From assembly GCA_051294375.1 (NCBI GenBank), contig CM119265.1, positions 16,114,896 to 16,178,895 on the forward strand: a stretch of 64,000 nt of DNA, written 5' to 3'. The notes below the pieces were generated by a model. The model was not told where the DNA came from. It did no database searches and saw only the letters and a program-made list of their open reading frames with translations. A program made the position numbers and the translations under genes. Every line of letters starts with the position of its first letter. Within the stretch, counting starts at the first letter, position 1. Positions 26,640 to 41,401 of this stretch are shown here, one piece after another. Source of the stretch: Paraspadella gotoi. Its lineage: Eukaryota; Animalia; Chaetognatha.

Positions 26640-29600
26640 AATAGAGAGAAAGAAGAGAGGAAAGAGGCGCGCGCGCATTAAATTTTTCGCCCGAACCTTT
26701 TTTTGTCTTCTTTTTTGTCTTTCTTTTTTTCGTCGGGCATGTCTGTTTGTTTTGTTTTTTTTTTTTCATTGGATGAGTTTTCGTTTTAGCAACAATTAGG
26801 AAACCTTAAACTGGTTTCCGAGCCAACGAGGGTTGACGGTTGGTAGTTGAATGAAAAAATATTGGTAAAAAAAAAAAAACCCAATGAACTCTGGCCTTTC
26901 AGATGTTTAATGACGTAAAACCTTCGTGACAAAGAACTACAAAAGCGACGTGCAAGGTGGCCAAAGGACAACGACAGAAATCACTTTTTCCATCGAGCTG
27001 GAGATATTTGATTTATTGCAATATATAACGTGACGGTTTGGTAAACGATAATCGTCGTCGTCGGTCGTTCGTCGTCGTGCTATAGAATTATCGGCAATAG
27101 CGTTGTCGCCGCCGTTTTCATAGTTAATGTATTCAGAAAATGATATTCTCCAGTAAGCGCAATAAAAAAATATAGAAACAATTTATTTCAAATCAACTAT
27201 TTTAAATGAATATATTTAAAAAAAAAATTTCCATTGAATGCCGAGAAGTCGATATTTGCAGCCGTTGAAATTATCGGCTCGGAATACATTGACTTTAATC
27301 TCTCTGAAGGTGTCATCCTTTTCTTTCTCATTCGATCTTTGTTCATCTTCGTTTTTGTCATTCATCTTTGCTTTACATCCTCGTAGTTGTCATCCCCTAC
27401 TTTGTCAATCCTCTATTTGTCATAATCGCGATAGATGTCGCCCATATTTTAATCACGTCGTTCTCGTCATCATCATCGCAGGAGAAATCGACTTTCGATA
27501 CGCGACACAAGGTCGTCGCCGTCGCGTCGTCGTCGTCGTCGGCCGTCGTCGTCGATCTATTCGTCCTAGCGACTCCAAGCGCCATCATCTCGCCGACGCC
27601 CCGGCGCGGATGTCCTCGCTCCATCGCTGACTCTAAATGATAGCTCGAGCCGTTATTATCTTTCGCCGGCGCCGCGGAGGCCGGAAGCGTCGGCGCCGTT
27701 GACCGTCCCCAACGACCGCCGCTTTTCTCGGATGTAGTAGATGCCTCCGGGTAGCGAACGGCAAACGTCATCATCGCGACGCGGCGTCGCAGTTCGGTTA
27801 CCGGGTGACGTGCAACGAGGACGGGCATCTTTTCATTATGAAATAGCGCACTTTTTAAATGCTGTCAGCGAAAACGAAATGAAGTACGCTGCAACGATCG
27901 GTCGGATCCATTTCCGGTTCAATTTAGCGTCGCTCTGGTTGGTCCTGTTGTTCTCTTTTGGTGAATCTTTATAGGGAAGATCACGGTCGAGTAGTTTGCG
28001 AAAATGATATCTTTTTTGCGGGATTATGAGACTCTAATCTAAGTTCTGCATTTAATGAAATAACAGAATATGCCAATTTATGAAATATTATTTTTAAACT
28101 AAAAAGTGATTTTTTCTTTCTCTCTATATCTTGGTGTGTGTCTCTCTCTTTGTTCTCATCTCTCCCTATTACAAAATAACACTAACCAGTCAGATGCAGT
28201 TTTTCATGTTTAGCTGTTTGAAGCTGTTGCCTCCGTCGTCTCTTTTTTTTGTCGTTCGTTTCGTCGATTCTTCCCGACGTGCGCCAACCCCGTCTTGTTT
28301 GCGTCACTCATCATAACAGTTCTGAAACATTTTAATGCATTAAGTCATATAAGTCAAGAAGAACTATGTAAGATATTGTTTTCTTAGCTTGACGTGTACA
28401 TTTAAAAAACAGCAAAATATTCCAGTTTTAAATTGCGTTTTACAATAGGTATATTTTGCCAGAGGCAAGAGATCAAATGGAGAAATGACATTTTCCTCTA
28501 TTCTGAACATTGCAGAGTCGATATGAGTAGTTGTCGCCATGTCACTACTCAGGTTGGAAAAGAAATTGAATTCATCTGAACAAACAATAATGAAATTTTA
28601 TCAGAGGCCAGGTGAGTATTAAAGATGTAAATACTAATCAACATTTTTAAATTTAGCATGGATTCCTATAGAAGTACTCTTTAAAACTTCGTGCAATTAA
28701 ACTTTTTAAGCCCATTAATTTCCAGCTAAAATTTTATTTACCTACTAAGACATGAAAAAGATTAATTCTTACTTACGAATCTAATCGTAGAATTAAACAT
28801 TTGAATGCTAATGGATACTATAAAAAAGCGACGGTCTTTAAAAAAATATTCAGATTCACACTGTATTTTCAATATACTTAATTGTCCAAAACACATACAG
28901 TCAAGATTGCTCCCTCCTCATACATGCTAAATCACGCTCTTCATCTACTATAGACTCTTCCCACCTTAAATCACTAACACTCTCACTGCCTAATGACAAC
29001 CATCGTTCCCCATTCTAAATCACGACATATTTTCTAGAAAAGGGAGGAGGAGGAAGAGGAGGAGGAAGAAAGAAGAGGAAGAGGGGAGGGAAGAGATATA
29101 AATGGGTCAACTCTAATTTTGGTGATGAATGCTCATGGCGCGACGGGGAAGAGAAGAGAGAGAGTAGAGAGAGAGAGCAAGAGACGAGAGAGAGAGATGA
29201 GGAGAGTAGAGAGATCGAGAGAGAGAGAGAATAAGAGAGAGAGAGAGAGAAGAGAGTATGGAAAGGTTAAGTGGAAAAAGGTATACGCCGGAATAATGAA
29301 AGACAGAGGACAGAAGAAGGGGAGAAAGAATGTAGAACCGAAGGAAAATATCGATGTGATAAATTCATATAAATTAATTATCCTGTTAGATATTACCGGG
29401 TCTTCGAGCTATTTTGGAAATAAATTAAAAAAATTCATATGAAGCATATACTATCATATGTATATTACATTGATATTGTTAACCGGGACCTTGAAATTTT
29501 ATGTATCTGCCTAAAAGTGCGACTTGATCAGAGAATATTCGGTAAAAATAAAACACAATTAATTTCCTTAAACGACATCAGCAGGATTTTTAATCTGCGA

Positions 29601-30186
29601 GACAGCGCCGCTGTTGCACTAATTTCTGATTAGTGACGCTTGAGGCAGTTGAAACTCCGTCCCCCACCTATAAAGGGACTTAGGGAAATAGGTATTGAAT
29701 GTGAGAAAAGAGGAAAAAAGTAGAAAGGAAGAGGGAGATAGAGAGAGAGCGGAAGAGGAGAATATAGCAGGAGATATCGCAAGGAGGAAGTCAATCGTGA
29801 AAAAATAGAAAGTTGAAGGATGGAAGTAGGAAAAGCATAATGCGGACGAGGCGGAGAATAATGTGGCCCAGACCTTATGTTCAGTCGATCAGCAAATGAA
29901 GGAAAAGGAGGTGCGAAAGAAGAAAAAAAAGCGGAAAGGGGAGTGGAAAGAAGTAAAAATAAGGGGAAGGAATTGAAAAAGCAAGAATCAACAAGAAAGA
30001 TAACAAGAGACACGAGACGAAAAATCTGGAAGCGAAAGCGGAGAAAGACAAGAGAAGCTGCCAATATAGTTGGCGATAAATAAGGTGAGGAAGAATGGGG
30101 AGGAGAGAGGAGAGAGAGAGATGAGAGAGAGAGAGAGAAGAAGGAGGAGAGGAGAGGAGGAGAGAGACGAGAGACGGAGGAGAGAG
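23519..30186. repeat. ~3.1-3.5 kb direct tandem duplication (about 23519-26640 vs 26668-30186), probably assembly redundancy
   Basis: The copies are colinear and differ mostly by single-base indels. The second copy ends at a 25-N gap (30187-30211). Confidence 0.85.
24305..24666 (+). other. Candidate terminal exon (Ser-rich frame with an internal TAA, ending ...RRASFHYEITHF*)
   Basis: Acceptor atcgacag|GAG and a GC-rich frame. ORFs 24223-24456 and 24457-24666 are in the same frame, separated by one TAA. A noisy duplicate lies at about 27480-27860. Confidence 0.25.
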
Positions 30187-32237
30187 NNNNNNNNNNNNNN
30201 NNNNNNNNNNNAGAGAGAGAGAGAGAAATTCATGAAGCGCGACGAAAGGTTTTGAAACTTTTGCTCTCGACCTTGGCGAGAGCTTCGATTCGAAGCGGCG
30301 TTTCGTTGGGCGATGTAGACTTGCCAGGGTGAAGGGGTGATCCAACGAAAAAGAGGGGAGGTGTGGAAAGTGTGATTTTTTTTTGGGGGGGAAGAGAGGT
30401 GTGCGATATTGCGTCAGTGGGAAGGTCGGAATATGCAATGGAGGATTACGGGCGGCAGGGAAGCATCGTTCGCCTTCGGTTTATGGTTTCTTCGAACGAA
30501 CACAAACAGTCAAACATTCGTTTCTCCTTTCGCAGAAAATCGCGAGAAAAGAAGAAAGAATAAAAGAAAAAGAAAAATGAAGGAAAAAGAAAAGAATTTT
30601 GTTTTTTTCATTCGTCGCTTCCACTCGGTTTCGATTTCAATGAAGAAGGAAAAGATTGAAAGCCAAAAAGTGGAATTCTCTCTTTGTCTTTTTCTTTTCT
30701 TTCGGAGATCCAGTTTCTCAGTTGTTTTTTTTTTTCTTCTTTTTTTTTTCTCCGTTTATCTTTTTTTTTCGTTTTGTTTGCTTGTTTGTTTTTCCCGTCA
30801 CCGACTTGTTGTGGTCTTTATTTTTTTTATCGTGGTTGTTTTCTTTCATTCTTTTTTTTATCTCTTTCTTTTTCTTTCGTTCTTTCTTCTTCTCTCTTGA
30901 TATTCTTTCTTTCTTCTAAAATTTCTTTCTTTGCTCATTTCTTTTAATTTTTTTCGACTTTTCTCTTCCACATCATCGATTTAAATTCCCCAAATTAGAA
31001 CCAGGAGGGAAAGTTTTGACACGCGAATCATTAAGAATCAAATTAGGAATCCAAACTTTGGAAGATATATAATCCAATGAGAAAGGGAAAAAGGATTAGA
31101 AGTGATAGAAAGATTCTTAAGACAGGCTGAAAATTAAAGAGAAAGTTCTCTTAAGAAATTCGAGAAATATTTTCCGATTTATGATATATGGAGAAGAGAA
31201 AGTAAGGGAAGAGAGAAATGCAGAGGCGCGATAGGGGGAAAGAGAGAGAGACGAGAGAGAGAGAGAGAGAGAGCAGAGAGAGAGAGGAGACGATGTGTTA
31301 AAATGGGGTCTCTCTTTTTTCCCCTGTTCAGTTCTGCTTCCCACGAATTACCTTTGTTAAAATCTCTTTCTCTGCTGCATGAAAATGGAAGAAGTACTCT
31401 GTAATACAAGAAAATCCTTTTCTTTGAATTTCATTCCGTTTTTTCACTTATCTATTAAGTAACAGCGAAGCCTTTCGTCTCCTCATTCTATTTTTTTCAT
31501 CGCTATTTAATATTCATTATATTTCTTTTAGTCACTCTTCCCACGACAAGCGTCTTCATTTCTTTCCTTTCCTCCCCCGCACATATACTCTCTCGCGCAA
31601 TTCCAATCACATCCGGGGGTGTTTACTCTTCTTTCTTTTAATACTTCGCGAGAAAACAATATTTATATTCGTGAAAACAAATACAACATAATTATTTCTG
31701 GTCGAAAAAAATAAAAAAGCGGCAACCCGCCTCAATCCCCCGTCTCCACCAGATACATATATGTTTTTTTTTTAATACATAGTATTTTCCGATTGAACGT
31801 TATACATATTAATTCCATTTTTCCTCTTTCTTCCCTTCTACGTCCCTTCTCTTCCCCTCCACACCCCAGGCCTCAACATCTCCTCAGCACACCGTCCCAT
31901 CGCTCGTCATAAACGCATCGCCCAGACGAGTCGGATCAAAGACAACAACGACAACAACGACAACAACGACAACAACGACATCGTCCGCGACGCCGACGTT
32001 TCGACAAAAGTCTCGAGCGATGAGACGAGACGGACCGACTGACCGCCGGCCGTTCCGGTCCACGAAAAGGCCGACGTGTCAGCCAAGACCCCAGACTTGC
32101 CGACAAAAGACGACGAGGAGCCGACAAAGGACGACGTCGAACAGCGCGACCTCTACAAACGGAGAAACGACGACGAGAAAAGAAAAAAGATGGAGGGTTA
32201 ATACAAACAAATCCCCCGCTCGCGATGCAGAGATAGG

Positions 32238-32273
<36 letters not shown>

Positions 32274-32274
32274 C

Positions 32275-32550
32275 ATGAAGGAATTAGCGTCGGCGGGAAA
32301 CGCGAAAACGACGCCGACTAAATCTCCAAGGACACCGCCGAAGACTAGGCCACCCACGACGCCATTTTTGCCACAAAAGACGCCACTGTTGCCAGTACTG
32401 ACTGCGTCAGCGCCGCCGCTCCGGCCGCGGCGTTCCATCGACGCCGGACGGAAGTGGGCGCGGCTCGCTTCCTTCGCCAACCTCTTTCTCCCCCTCCTCT
32501 TCCTCCTCGATTTCCTCGCCGTCCCTTCGGTGTTGGCCTTCGATCCAAAG
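32275..32550 (+). CDS. Signal-peptide exon of a single-pass LRR(?)-FN3 membrane protein
   Basis: Acceptor at 31869 and accATG at 32275 (the frame is open back to ATG 32020). Hydrophobic stretch LASFANLFLPLLFLLDFLAVPSVLA|FDPK with a V-x-A cleavage-type site, then an AAG|GTTGAG donor. Linkage to the FN3 exons is inferred. Confidence 0.55.
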
Positions 32551-32616
32551 GTTGAGACTGAGAGAGAGAGAGAGAGGGAGAGAGAAGAGAGAGAGGAGAG
32601 AGAGAGAGAGAGAGAT

Positions 32617-32650
<34 letters not shown>

Positions 32651-32658
32651 AGAGAGAT

Positions 32659-33870
32659 CGCGTCTCAAGAAACTCGATTAGGGCGCGGATGCGAGTGAAT
32701 TTATTCCTCATTAAAAACGTGATAAACGCACGTTTTTTTACTGAGATTTCGCTTCGTCATCGTCGACGTCGTCGTCGTCGTCGACATCGTTGGCGGCGCG
32801 AGAGATAAGTGAGATAACGTGAGTGTGAGAAATCCTTATAATCGCGTATATTTCACTCGTACGATAATGTTTGTGAGACAAATTAGAATTTTTAAAATAG
32901 ACAATCGATTTTCGCGAGATTTGTGACAGTAAAACCTAGCGTTATTGGATATTACACCAAAAAAAATATCTTTATTGTCTATTTTTAGGCCTTAAAGGGT
33001 TTTAACTTGAACTTGCCTAAAAAATATGTATCTAATATGCATGTATCTTTCCCCATGTGCAAGGGAAAAAAAACAAACTAAACCAGTAGACGGTTAAAAA
33101 ACCCCAAAATTCCTGCCATTTCTCCGCAGCGTTACCTGCTCGAAATGAGGGCGTCGCCCGCTGAGCTGAGACGCAAGTGTTTTTTTCGCTGCTCGGCGGC
33201 GAAGGAGATATATATCGGCGTCTCAAGAAACTCGATTAGGGCGCCGGATGCGAGTGAATTTATTCCTCATTAAAAACGTGATAAAACGCACGTTTTTTAA
33301 CCTGAGATTTCGCTTCCGTCAATCGTCGACGAGCCTGCGAGTCAGACATAGGTTGGGCGTTCTGCCGAGAGAGAGATGAAGTTGAAGATAACGTGAGGTG
33401 TGAGAAGGTAATCCTGATATAATCCGCGTATATATTCACTCGTACGATAATGTGATGAGACAATTCACTAATTTTTATAAAAAATAAGCAAACAATAGAA
33501 CACTCGAATTTCGCGAACGATCTATTTAGATTGGTAAAATCTGAACCTAAGCCGTTATTGGATATTCACAAAAAAAGAGAATTAGACTTATTGGATCTAT
33601 GTATTCTAGTTAGGTCTCTTAGCAGGGTAAAACTGAACATTATGCCTAAAAAAAATAATTGTATATGTGTTAAATTATTGTCAGTATATATCACTTCTCG
33701 CCAACATGGGGCTTTGCGAGCAGGGAACCAACAAAACCAGTAGTATAACCGGTCAAAAAAACCCCAAAATACCCATATAGTCCATTTTTCACGAGCCAGC
33801 GTTTTCCTTGAGCTGCGATTAAAAAAGAGATAGTATGGGCAGAGGATACGCGTCGACATCGGCAGCTTAG
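32659..33870. repeat. Direct duplication (about 32659-33216 vs 33217-33870), second copy insertion-rich
   Basis: gcgtctcaagaaactcgattagggcg...gcgagtgaatttattcctc recurs at about 32660 and 33218. The second copy degrades progressively, like a raw long read. Confidence 0.85.
33130..33216 (+). CDS. Probable second exon (partial; RYLLEMRASPAELRRKCFFRCS...), truncated by a duplication junction
   Basis: Acceptor catttctccgcag| with a phase-0 open frame compatible with the FDPK exon, and Cys residues. The sequence jumps into a duplicate at about 33217. Confidence 0.35.
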
Positions 33871-36499
33871 ACGCTCCGATAGGTTAGTTCATGTTTTGCA
33901 TCGCTGCTTCGAGTTTGATCGGTCGACCGTCTCAATTGATCTGCGGATGGGAAATGACAAGCGGGGAAGGAAAAGCCGGGTGTACTGTAAGACGTTCCGG
34001 CGAAAAAAAACCTCGTAACAAGGGAGAAGTTTGAGAGGTTTCCTTGAGTTGGCGGAACGGAAAGTGGAAGAAGGGCTCCAGGTAAAGGGAGGTGCGAGGA
34101 TCACGGCGAGGCTCCGAGAATTGCCCGGGGGAGCCGGAAGCCGGACTGTCGAAGGGAGAACTCGAAAATCATGACGACGGAATACCCGTAGATATTTCGA
34201 TTTACACTGTAGGGACAGAACTAACAGAGTGATATTATCTTTTCGTACTCCAGCTAAAAAAAAACGTTCGGTGGTAACAAATAGTTGCCGGATGTGATGC
34301 GCTTGTATGAAATACGATTGTTCGGGCCATGTATTATCGAGAAGCTATCAAATTACTTCAACATCCTTCCTCTCCCTCACTTATAGCTACATCTCAACTC
34401 TATCTATGATATATATGACTTACATTACAATCTTCATACTATCGTTAAAAATATCTATTTGAGAATATTTTTCAACTCTTTTATATCTCTCCTCACTTCC
34501 TCTACTTCTCTCTTCTCTCTCTCCTCGTCCGACTCCTCTCCTCTCTTGCTCTCTCTCTCTCGTCTCTTCCCTTTCTCGCTCTTTGCCATCTTGTTTTTCT
34601 TTATTTTATTATCTTTTTTCCTAATCCTTTCCACATGCTATACAATCAAACGCTTTCCTCTTTGTGACTTCACATTGTTATTTTTTCAACTTTATACCAT
34701 TCTTAATACGCTCTTCTTTCATGAACGGACCGCCTTTCTCTAATTGATTCAACCTAAAACTGTCAATGCAATAGAAACCAATGAATAAATATAAGCAAAG
34801 AAAAAAAATAAGCCTGGTGTTTCAGAATAACCCCCGCCTACTTGCTGCGCGGCACACTTCTTATCAATTAAGGCCCCGCCGCTGCTTCCCCTCCTCCCCA
34901 CTCTTCTTCTTTCTCTCTCTTTTCTTCTATCTTCTCTCAATTCTTACACTTCTCTCGCATACTCATCTTCATGCATCTCTCTCCTTATCTTTTATCACCT
35001 CCTCCGCCTCTCTCCATACGACGTTCTCTTTACTCCTCCCTAACTGAATCTTCTGGAACATCGCTTCTGTTTCCGTTAATGACTCTTTGCTCGTCACACC
35101 AGTCACCGCACTTAAATGAAACGGGAAACAACACAACAGGAAAAAAAAAGGCGCCCCTTCTGTNNNNNNNNNNNNNNNNNNNNNNNNNCGCCCTTTGTAT
35201 CTCCACTACTTCATTAGATTTCTTCAAAAGAAATGAACAGTTTAAATTAATCGGGACTCTCAATCTGAAATACTGAGGCTTTAGACTAGGAAACTCAATT
35301 CCATATCTTAATCATTTCAACATTGTCTTTTATTTCATATTAAATCGGATCCGCTATCATTGATCAATAAGCGTCGCCCCTAATGGTTTCGCAAGTTCAA
35401 GGCCTGGTAAATTGGTAATTGTTTTAAATTGTTAATTTAATTATATTATTGCGCATTGGAGGGTTAACAGCGCGGAGTGAAATGAGGCAGATTGTTCAGC
35501 ATTGGCCGATTATGCTGTAGATGCACCTGAGCACGCGCGATGCCGTCGGCGAGAAGAAAAAAATCGACTGGATTTTCTTTAAAAAGTCTCGAGGGAAACC
35601 TCTGCCAACTTGGACGTTTAGGATCACAACGACGACGATGATGATGATCATGACTATGATGCCTCCGCCGACGACGACGACACCGAAACACAAAATAAGC
35701 CGAAGAAGTTTCCTTATTAGACACAGGTGTGGCTATTCGAATCTCTTCATCGAATCCCCAACAAAACAGAACTCGGTTTTGCACGAATTAACCAGATTTT
35801 TTTTTATTTTTAACACAGACGGTTTTTCCAGATGATCCTCACTCAACTTTGTGGTTACCGCGAGTCTGAACTCAGCAACTAGCGAATTTTACAATGCCCT
35901 TTACATACATACACACAGAAACAGTCTGTTGTGAGTGTGATTAAGGAAGTTGTGCACCGATTAAGGAATTCAAAACTTAAAAAGAAAACGGACATGCGCA
36001 TTCTTTTGCATCCGCTGTCAAACGCCGATGGGAACGACGACAACAACGACGCCGACAACAACGACGACGACAACGACGACGACAACAACGACAATGTTTC
36101 GGTCGTTGCTCTCAATTTGCTCGTCATCGCGATCGAGCGAGTTTTTGAAAAAGTCAAGAAAGACGAAGACAACTTTTCACTCAAAATTATTCATGGCAAT
36201 TTTTAAATTCACGTTTTAATCGCTCTCCCCGTCTTCGAAAGCCTTTCAAAGTTTAACAATGGGAGGCTCGGGCCTCTTTCTCTTGCGAGCTCTGCGTTAG
36301 CAGAGGCTGGATTTCCTCTCTCTCTCTCTCCTCTTCGTCATCATCACCCACTCTCTCGTCTCTCTTCGCTTCTCTCATCTTCTCCTCGTCTCACTCATCT
36401 CTCTCTCATCTCTCTCTCTCTCTCTTCCTCCATCTCTCTCTCTGTCNNNNNNNNNNNNNNNNNNNNNNNNNTGTTTCTGTAAAAGCAAGAGCGGACGCC

Positions 36500-39400
36500 T
36501 TCTAAAGGTTCGTTCTGATCAACTGACCGTGAAGTAGATGAAGCAGAGAGCATGAAAAGAGAGAGAGAGTGAGAAGAAAGAGAGTGAGAGAGAGAGAGCG
36601 AGAAGAGAGGAGAGAGCAGAGAGAGACGGAGAGAAGAGAGAGTAGAGAGAGAAGGTAGGGAAAAATGAGAAAGCAAAAGAAAAGTTTGAGAAGTGCCGGG
36701 AAATACTTAAACGCTTTAATATATAATCCGGCAAAGGAGAAAATTACAAAAAGAGATAAAGATGCTAGTAGTTAATTTCGCATCTCTCAATCTCGCTTCA
36801 ACTAATTGAAAAAATATCGAATCATAGAAAAATAATTGTGTTTTTTTTTATTTTTCGAATTTAGACACCGATGGACTTAAGTAATTAATTGGGTGAAGGA
36901 CGTAATAATTGGTGAGTCTGATAATTGAATATTCCACAGCTAATCCGAAAGTCGCATCCGTCACAAAGCTTAATCTTCTTTCATACAATAATCATTAATA
37001 AGAGCTCCCAAATACAGCACGATTAATTGCGGGTTGTTTTTTTCAATTGCCTCGTTCACATACTTCTATCACGAGAAAGCAGATTAAAAATAGAGGGTTA
37101 TAAGAATATATCTCCAAACCAGAGTTTAGTCCCCTTCAAAAAGTGAAAAAGTCCATGGAGTGGGAGTGAAAAAATTAAGAACGCGATATGGGTACGGACC
37201 GGATACGAATGGAGAATTGTTATGAGTTCGGTCGGAGTTTGGCCAGACCCCACGAACCCTCCTGCTGGCTCTCTCTCTCTCATCCTCCAACGGCAATTAA
37301 TTTCTATTCTTTCAAATTCTTTTCCTTCTCTTTGCATCACTTTCTCTTGTTGCCTTGGTCCTTTCTTTTGGCCTCATCCGGCGGCCGGCAGGAAGGCCAT
37401 GCTCTCAACCGGCAGCCGTGGTTCGGTCGCCCTCCCGTTATACCGGTCAGACCGCCCGGCGGCGACCGGAAGCGAACGCTGACCACGACCGCGTTTCGAG
37501 GTTCTTCCGTCCTTATAAATCGGGGAGTGCGAGGGCGTCGGAGAGGGCTGGGTCGGAATATTCCGTAAAATCCGGGGATTAGGCGAGCGTGGGGGGGGGA
37601 ATATCCGTAAAATCGGGATTAGCGAGCGGTGGGCGGGGGAATATCGTAAGAATCGGGTACACGGGCCGGCGATTAACGCGGTGAGCCGCTCGGGGGGGGA
37701 CATATCCGTAAAATCGGATCACCTGGATTAGCGAATGCCGTAGGATAGGAGGGTAGGGAAGGTTACTCGGTAAGGTATCGCCGCACTCAATCGGTTGTTT
37801 ATTCAGGAATGACTAGAGACGGGGGTCCTGTCTTTCTGGTTGTCGGTGTTTGGCCGTGGGTGCTTGGTCTTCAGGTTCTGGTTCTCAAGGAATATCCGTA
37901 ACAAATCGGATTTAGCAGTGAGACCAAGAAAACGAGGAAAAATTGCGGGTATGTGAAAGGGGAATATCCTGGTTACTCTATATATCTATCGAGATCGGGA
38001 AGAACGGAGAAAAAAAAGAAAAAAAAAAACCTCGTTTGGCGGAGATCCCACTATAAAAAAAAAAAACAGAGCGTGGCTGGAGGTGGTAGGACGAGAGGAA
38101 ATATGCCACGCGAATAATAAGCTTCGGAGATGTTTTACTATAGTCATGGGTAACAATGTTACAAATGTAATATGAGTTTATCTCGTGATCTAGTTTTAGT
38201 GTTTTAAAACGTTCCAACAGATTTTTATAAACCTATTATCGAAAAATTGCCTGCCCCAACTTTTAAAAAAATGGTGCACATTTGGGTTTTTCTTCATCTA
38301 GCTCTTAAAAGGGCATTAATTATACGCATACAACAAAGAACAAAAGTTAAAACAGAACTATAACATAGTTAGACATCTTACATTAACTCGAATAAGGGTG
38401 CGAATGTCTATCGATGGTTACAATCGACGTTTTTTATATAACTATTTAAATAGTATTTAATGTTTGTAAGAACAATAGGGAAAATTTATTTTTTCCTGCG
38501 GGGCTGGATAAGTTTTTAGTTTCAGTTATAGGAAAGCCGGAAAATGTGAGGAAAGAGAACAAAGTGACATATAAGGCGGCTTCATGTTGCTTGAGGTAAG
38601 TGCAACGAGGGATGGGAATCGAATTAGCGGTGGGTGTGAGATTGCGAGAATCCCTTCGTGAAAAAACGGGTAGTTTAACAAATAAGAGAAAAAGAGTAAA
38701 GGTGGTGGTAACAATAACAACAACGAAAGAATGTATGAGGAGAGGAAAAGTGAGAAACGCGAAACGAAATCCGAAGCTGAAGAGCACGCACCGCCTTCGC
38801 ACCCCGGGCCCCTCTTTCCTTCAGGAGGTGGGAAGGTTAGACCTGTCGGTGATCCGGTAGGAAGCTTACCCGCCCCGGACGTTGCCGTCAGTCCACACGA
38901 GGAATCGTCCCTGGGCTATTCGCCATACACACATCTAAATCGACCGATTATCCGACCATGCGGGCTAGCTTGTCCGCCGGCCTCCGAGAAACTCGGGCGA
39001 CGCATGCCCCCCCACCAACCGCCCCAGGCGGAGCCTGGAAGTTCCGCCGAAGAGAGTCTGCCAAAGCGACGCGAGGGATGTGGTGTGGACGTGGCGAGAG
39101 AGACGATGAAGAGATAAGCTGAGAGAGAGGGGATGAATGCCTGAGAGACCGAGGCGAGAGACCGGACGGTACTGCGAGGAGAAGCACGGAAGGGCCGCCA
39201 TTTGTCAATGTCCACGGGTCCATGTGCGCAGTGACCACTCCTCGATAAGCCTACCATTGTGGCCAGAACGCAGGCTGTGAGTTCATGTTCCATTAACAGA
39301 TGAGGACGCGCGACAAATAAAAACGAGAGAAATGAGGAACGAAGAGTGAAAAAAAAAAGAAAGGAGGCGAGTAAAAGTGAGAAAAAAAAAAAAAGAAAGA

Positions 39401-39908
39401 AAAGAAAAGGATTGAATTGAAAAAAAAAGATGCGAAGGTGACTGAATTCGTTCCGCCTCTTTTTTCTTTTCTGAGTTCTCTGACCAGCGCCCACGCAGCA
39501 ACAGGACTGAGAGATACCACTCCTCTCCACGACCACCCAAACCCTCAGGCTTCCCATCCACCAACAGCGAAAACACTTTTGATTCAAACTTTTTTGAAAA
39601 GCGTGTTCGTAGAAAAATAATTGACCCGAAAGAAAAAGACATAATTCACTTCTTTATCTCTCTCCCGTTCCTTCGAAAAGCCTTTCAAGTTTAAATGGGG
39701 AGAGCTCGCCGCTAGGGCTCTTTCTCTTGCGAGGCGGGCATCGGTTGGGTATTCGACAGTGAGGTGTATACTGCGCAGGATCGTCGCTCCGTCTGAAGAG
39801 AGATTCCTCTCTTCTCCTCCCTCGGCGCTCTCTCTCTCTCTCTCTCTCCTCTCATCATTGCTAACTCTCTTACTCTCTCTCTCCATCTCTCTCTCTCTCT
39901 CTCATCTT

Positions 39909-39944
<36 letters not shown>

Positions 39945-41362
39945 GAGACGTTCACTTATTTTTTTTCCCTTCTCTCACGGATCTTCCTCACATCTTTCGA
40001 ATATCAAAAAAAAAAAAGATTTTTTTTTCTTTCGGGTCAATTTTTTCCCGCTTTTCAAGTTGAAAAGTGTTTCGCGTGGGTGGATGGGAGCCTGAAGGGT
40101 TTGGTGGGGGAGAGGAGTGGATCGACTGTGCTGCGTGGGCGCGGGAGAGAAAAGAAAGAAAAAGAGGCCGAACGAATCAGACCTTCCCATCTTTTTTTTT
40201 TTCAATTTTTTTTTTTTTCAATTTTATCGCCTTCCTTTTTTTTTTACTCGTTCCCATTTTCGTTTTTATTTGTCGCGCGTCTCATCGAAGGACATGAATA
40301 CATTTCCATGTGAATCGAGGCCCGCGAATGGCGCCCTTCGCGAGACGTCCGGGCGGAGGATCACAGCTCACGCCGTTTTGGCATCGGAAACCTTTAGGTC
40401 GTCCGCTGTCCTGATTCGTCTTGCTCCAGACTTACCATCAACGAAGTAACTCACTCTTGCTCCCTCTTCCGTTCGGATCGCCGAGTTGTTTTTTTTCGAC
40501 TACATATTTTTAACGTCTCTCGCTTTCGGGCGCGGGTTCAACATCTGCTTTCGTCCTACTACGTTTTTTTTTTTATCGTGGGCCGAAAAGTTTTTTTTCT
40601 TTTTTTCCCTCCTTTTCCTCCGAAAAGAATGGTACATCACATAGCATTTTCGTTTTTCTTGTTACTTTGAGAACGAACTGAAAGACAGACAGGCAAACAG
40701 ACAGAAAGACAGACGTTCTCTGAAAACAACCGTGGCTCTCGAGACTCTATTTCTAGACATCGGGATCGGGGACCGTCGCGGCCCGTTACCCAGTGCCCCG
40801 CTCCGGCCCGCCGTGCCAAAGGACACAACAAAGTCCTCAAGAAGAATTTGAATAAATTATGCGTTGGGATGCCGGTCGTTCACCCGACGCTCATCCACCC
40901 TTCGTCGGTCGTCCATCGCGTTTTTTCACTCCCTCTGGACTTTTTCACTTTTGAGGGGACTAACTCTGGTTTGGATTATTCTTACCCTCCTTTTCTTCTC
41001 TTTCTCGTGATAGGAAAGGTGAACGAGGCAATTGAAAAAACACCCGCAATATCGCTGTATTGGAGCTTTATTATGATTGTTATGAAAGTTGAAGCGTTTT
41101 GGACGATGCCCGATTCCTCGCTGGAATATTCAATTATCGACTCACCAATTATCGTCCTCACCATTAATTGACTTAAGTCTCACGTGTCTAATTCGAAAAA
41201 AAAAAACACAATTATTTTCTAGATTCGATTATTTCAATTGTTGAGAGATTGAGAGATAGCGAATTAACTACTAGATCTTTTATCTCTTTTATTTTCTCCT
41301 TTGCGGATATTAAACGTTAGTTTTCCGGCATTCTCAAACTTTCTTTTGCTTTTCTCATTTCC

Positions 41363-41401
<39 letters not shown>

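Noticed and set aside
32520-32550. AFDPK resembling the start of a Cad86C-like cadherin
   Set aside because: No cadherin-repeat motifs were found downstream; the identifiable exons encode FN3 plus TM.
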